From Hydrolagus affinis (Eukaryota): 64,000 nt of DNA. The notes under the pieces are model-generated. The model did no database searches. It saw only the letters and a list, made by a program, of their open reading frames with translations, and was not told where the DNA came from. Shown here piece by piece: positions 63,820 to 64,000 of this stretch. Location of the stretch: NCBI GenBank assembly GCA_012026655.1, contig JAAILG010000242.1, positions 1 to 64,000 on the forward strand. The letters run 5' to 3'. The stretch's first letter is position 1. Every line of letters starts with the position of its first letter. Made by a program: the position numbers and the translations under genes.

Positions 63820-64000
63820 TGAAGTTCTGTAGCTCAGTGGTTAAAACAATTGCCTCGAAGCGAGAGGATCTGAGTTTGATTCCCGGCACTGTGAAACGTT
63901 GGGCTAATTTCTTTACTCCACATATCGCTGTTGACCTAGCAGTAAATAGGAACCTGGTTGTTAGTTGATTGGTGGATCGCTTTCCTGGTGGTGATAATTC
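63820..64000 (+). mobile_element. tRNA SINE long variant, cut by the window end
   Basis: TAGCTCAGTGG...GACCTAGCAGTAAATAGGAACCTGG, colinear with 24780-24960. Confidence 0.85.

Noticed and set aside
14700-64000. MID1 or other neighbouring-gene exons
   Set aside because: No B30.2/SPRY, FN3 or other recognisable host peptide seen in any frame. Very short exons could have been missed.

Overview
Eukaryotic (vertebrate) genomic DNA, most likely from a cartilaginous fish and possibly a holocephalan; this is inferred from the repeat repertoire and short introns. Bases 1362-4382 hold the last four coding exons of the endosomal 2Cl-/H+ exchanger CLCN4 on the + strand: 187, 399, 217 and 91 coding nt with GT-AG introns, ending ...[17 protein letters not shown] possibly long 3' UTR follows, with a candidate distal poly(A) signal near 14645, and then about 50 kb of gene-free sequence (in mammals this is the CLCN4-MID1 interval). 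This region is dense in L2 and CR1 LINE 3' fragments, several tRNA-derived SINE families, two Penelope-like relics with decayed hammerhead-ribozyme cores, a Tx1-like LINE end, and hAT and Tigger MITEs. I found no other host gene, RNA gene or prokaryote-type system. The most interesting signals concern retroelement biology: (1) a 3' stem-loop shared by L2s and SINEs that shows compensatory base changes; (2) repeated antisense insertion of tail-only L2 copies into existing tails; (3) a modular tRNA + CORE-like + Deu + L2-tail SINE with deletion derivatives. There are also several unexplained hairpins, duplications and candidate regulatory sites. Repeat boundaries were read by eye and are approximate, and family names come from recalled consensus features, not database searches.
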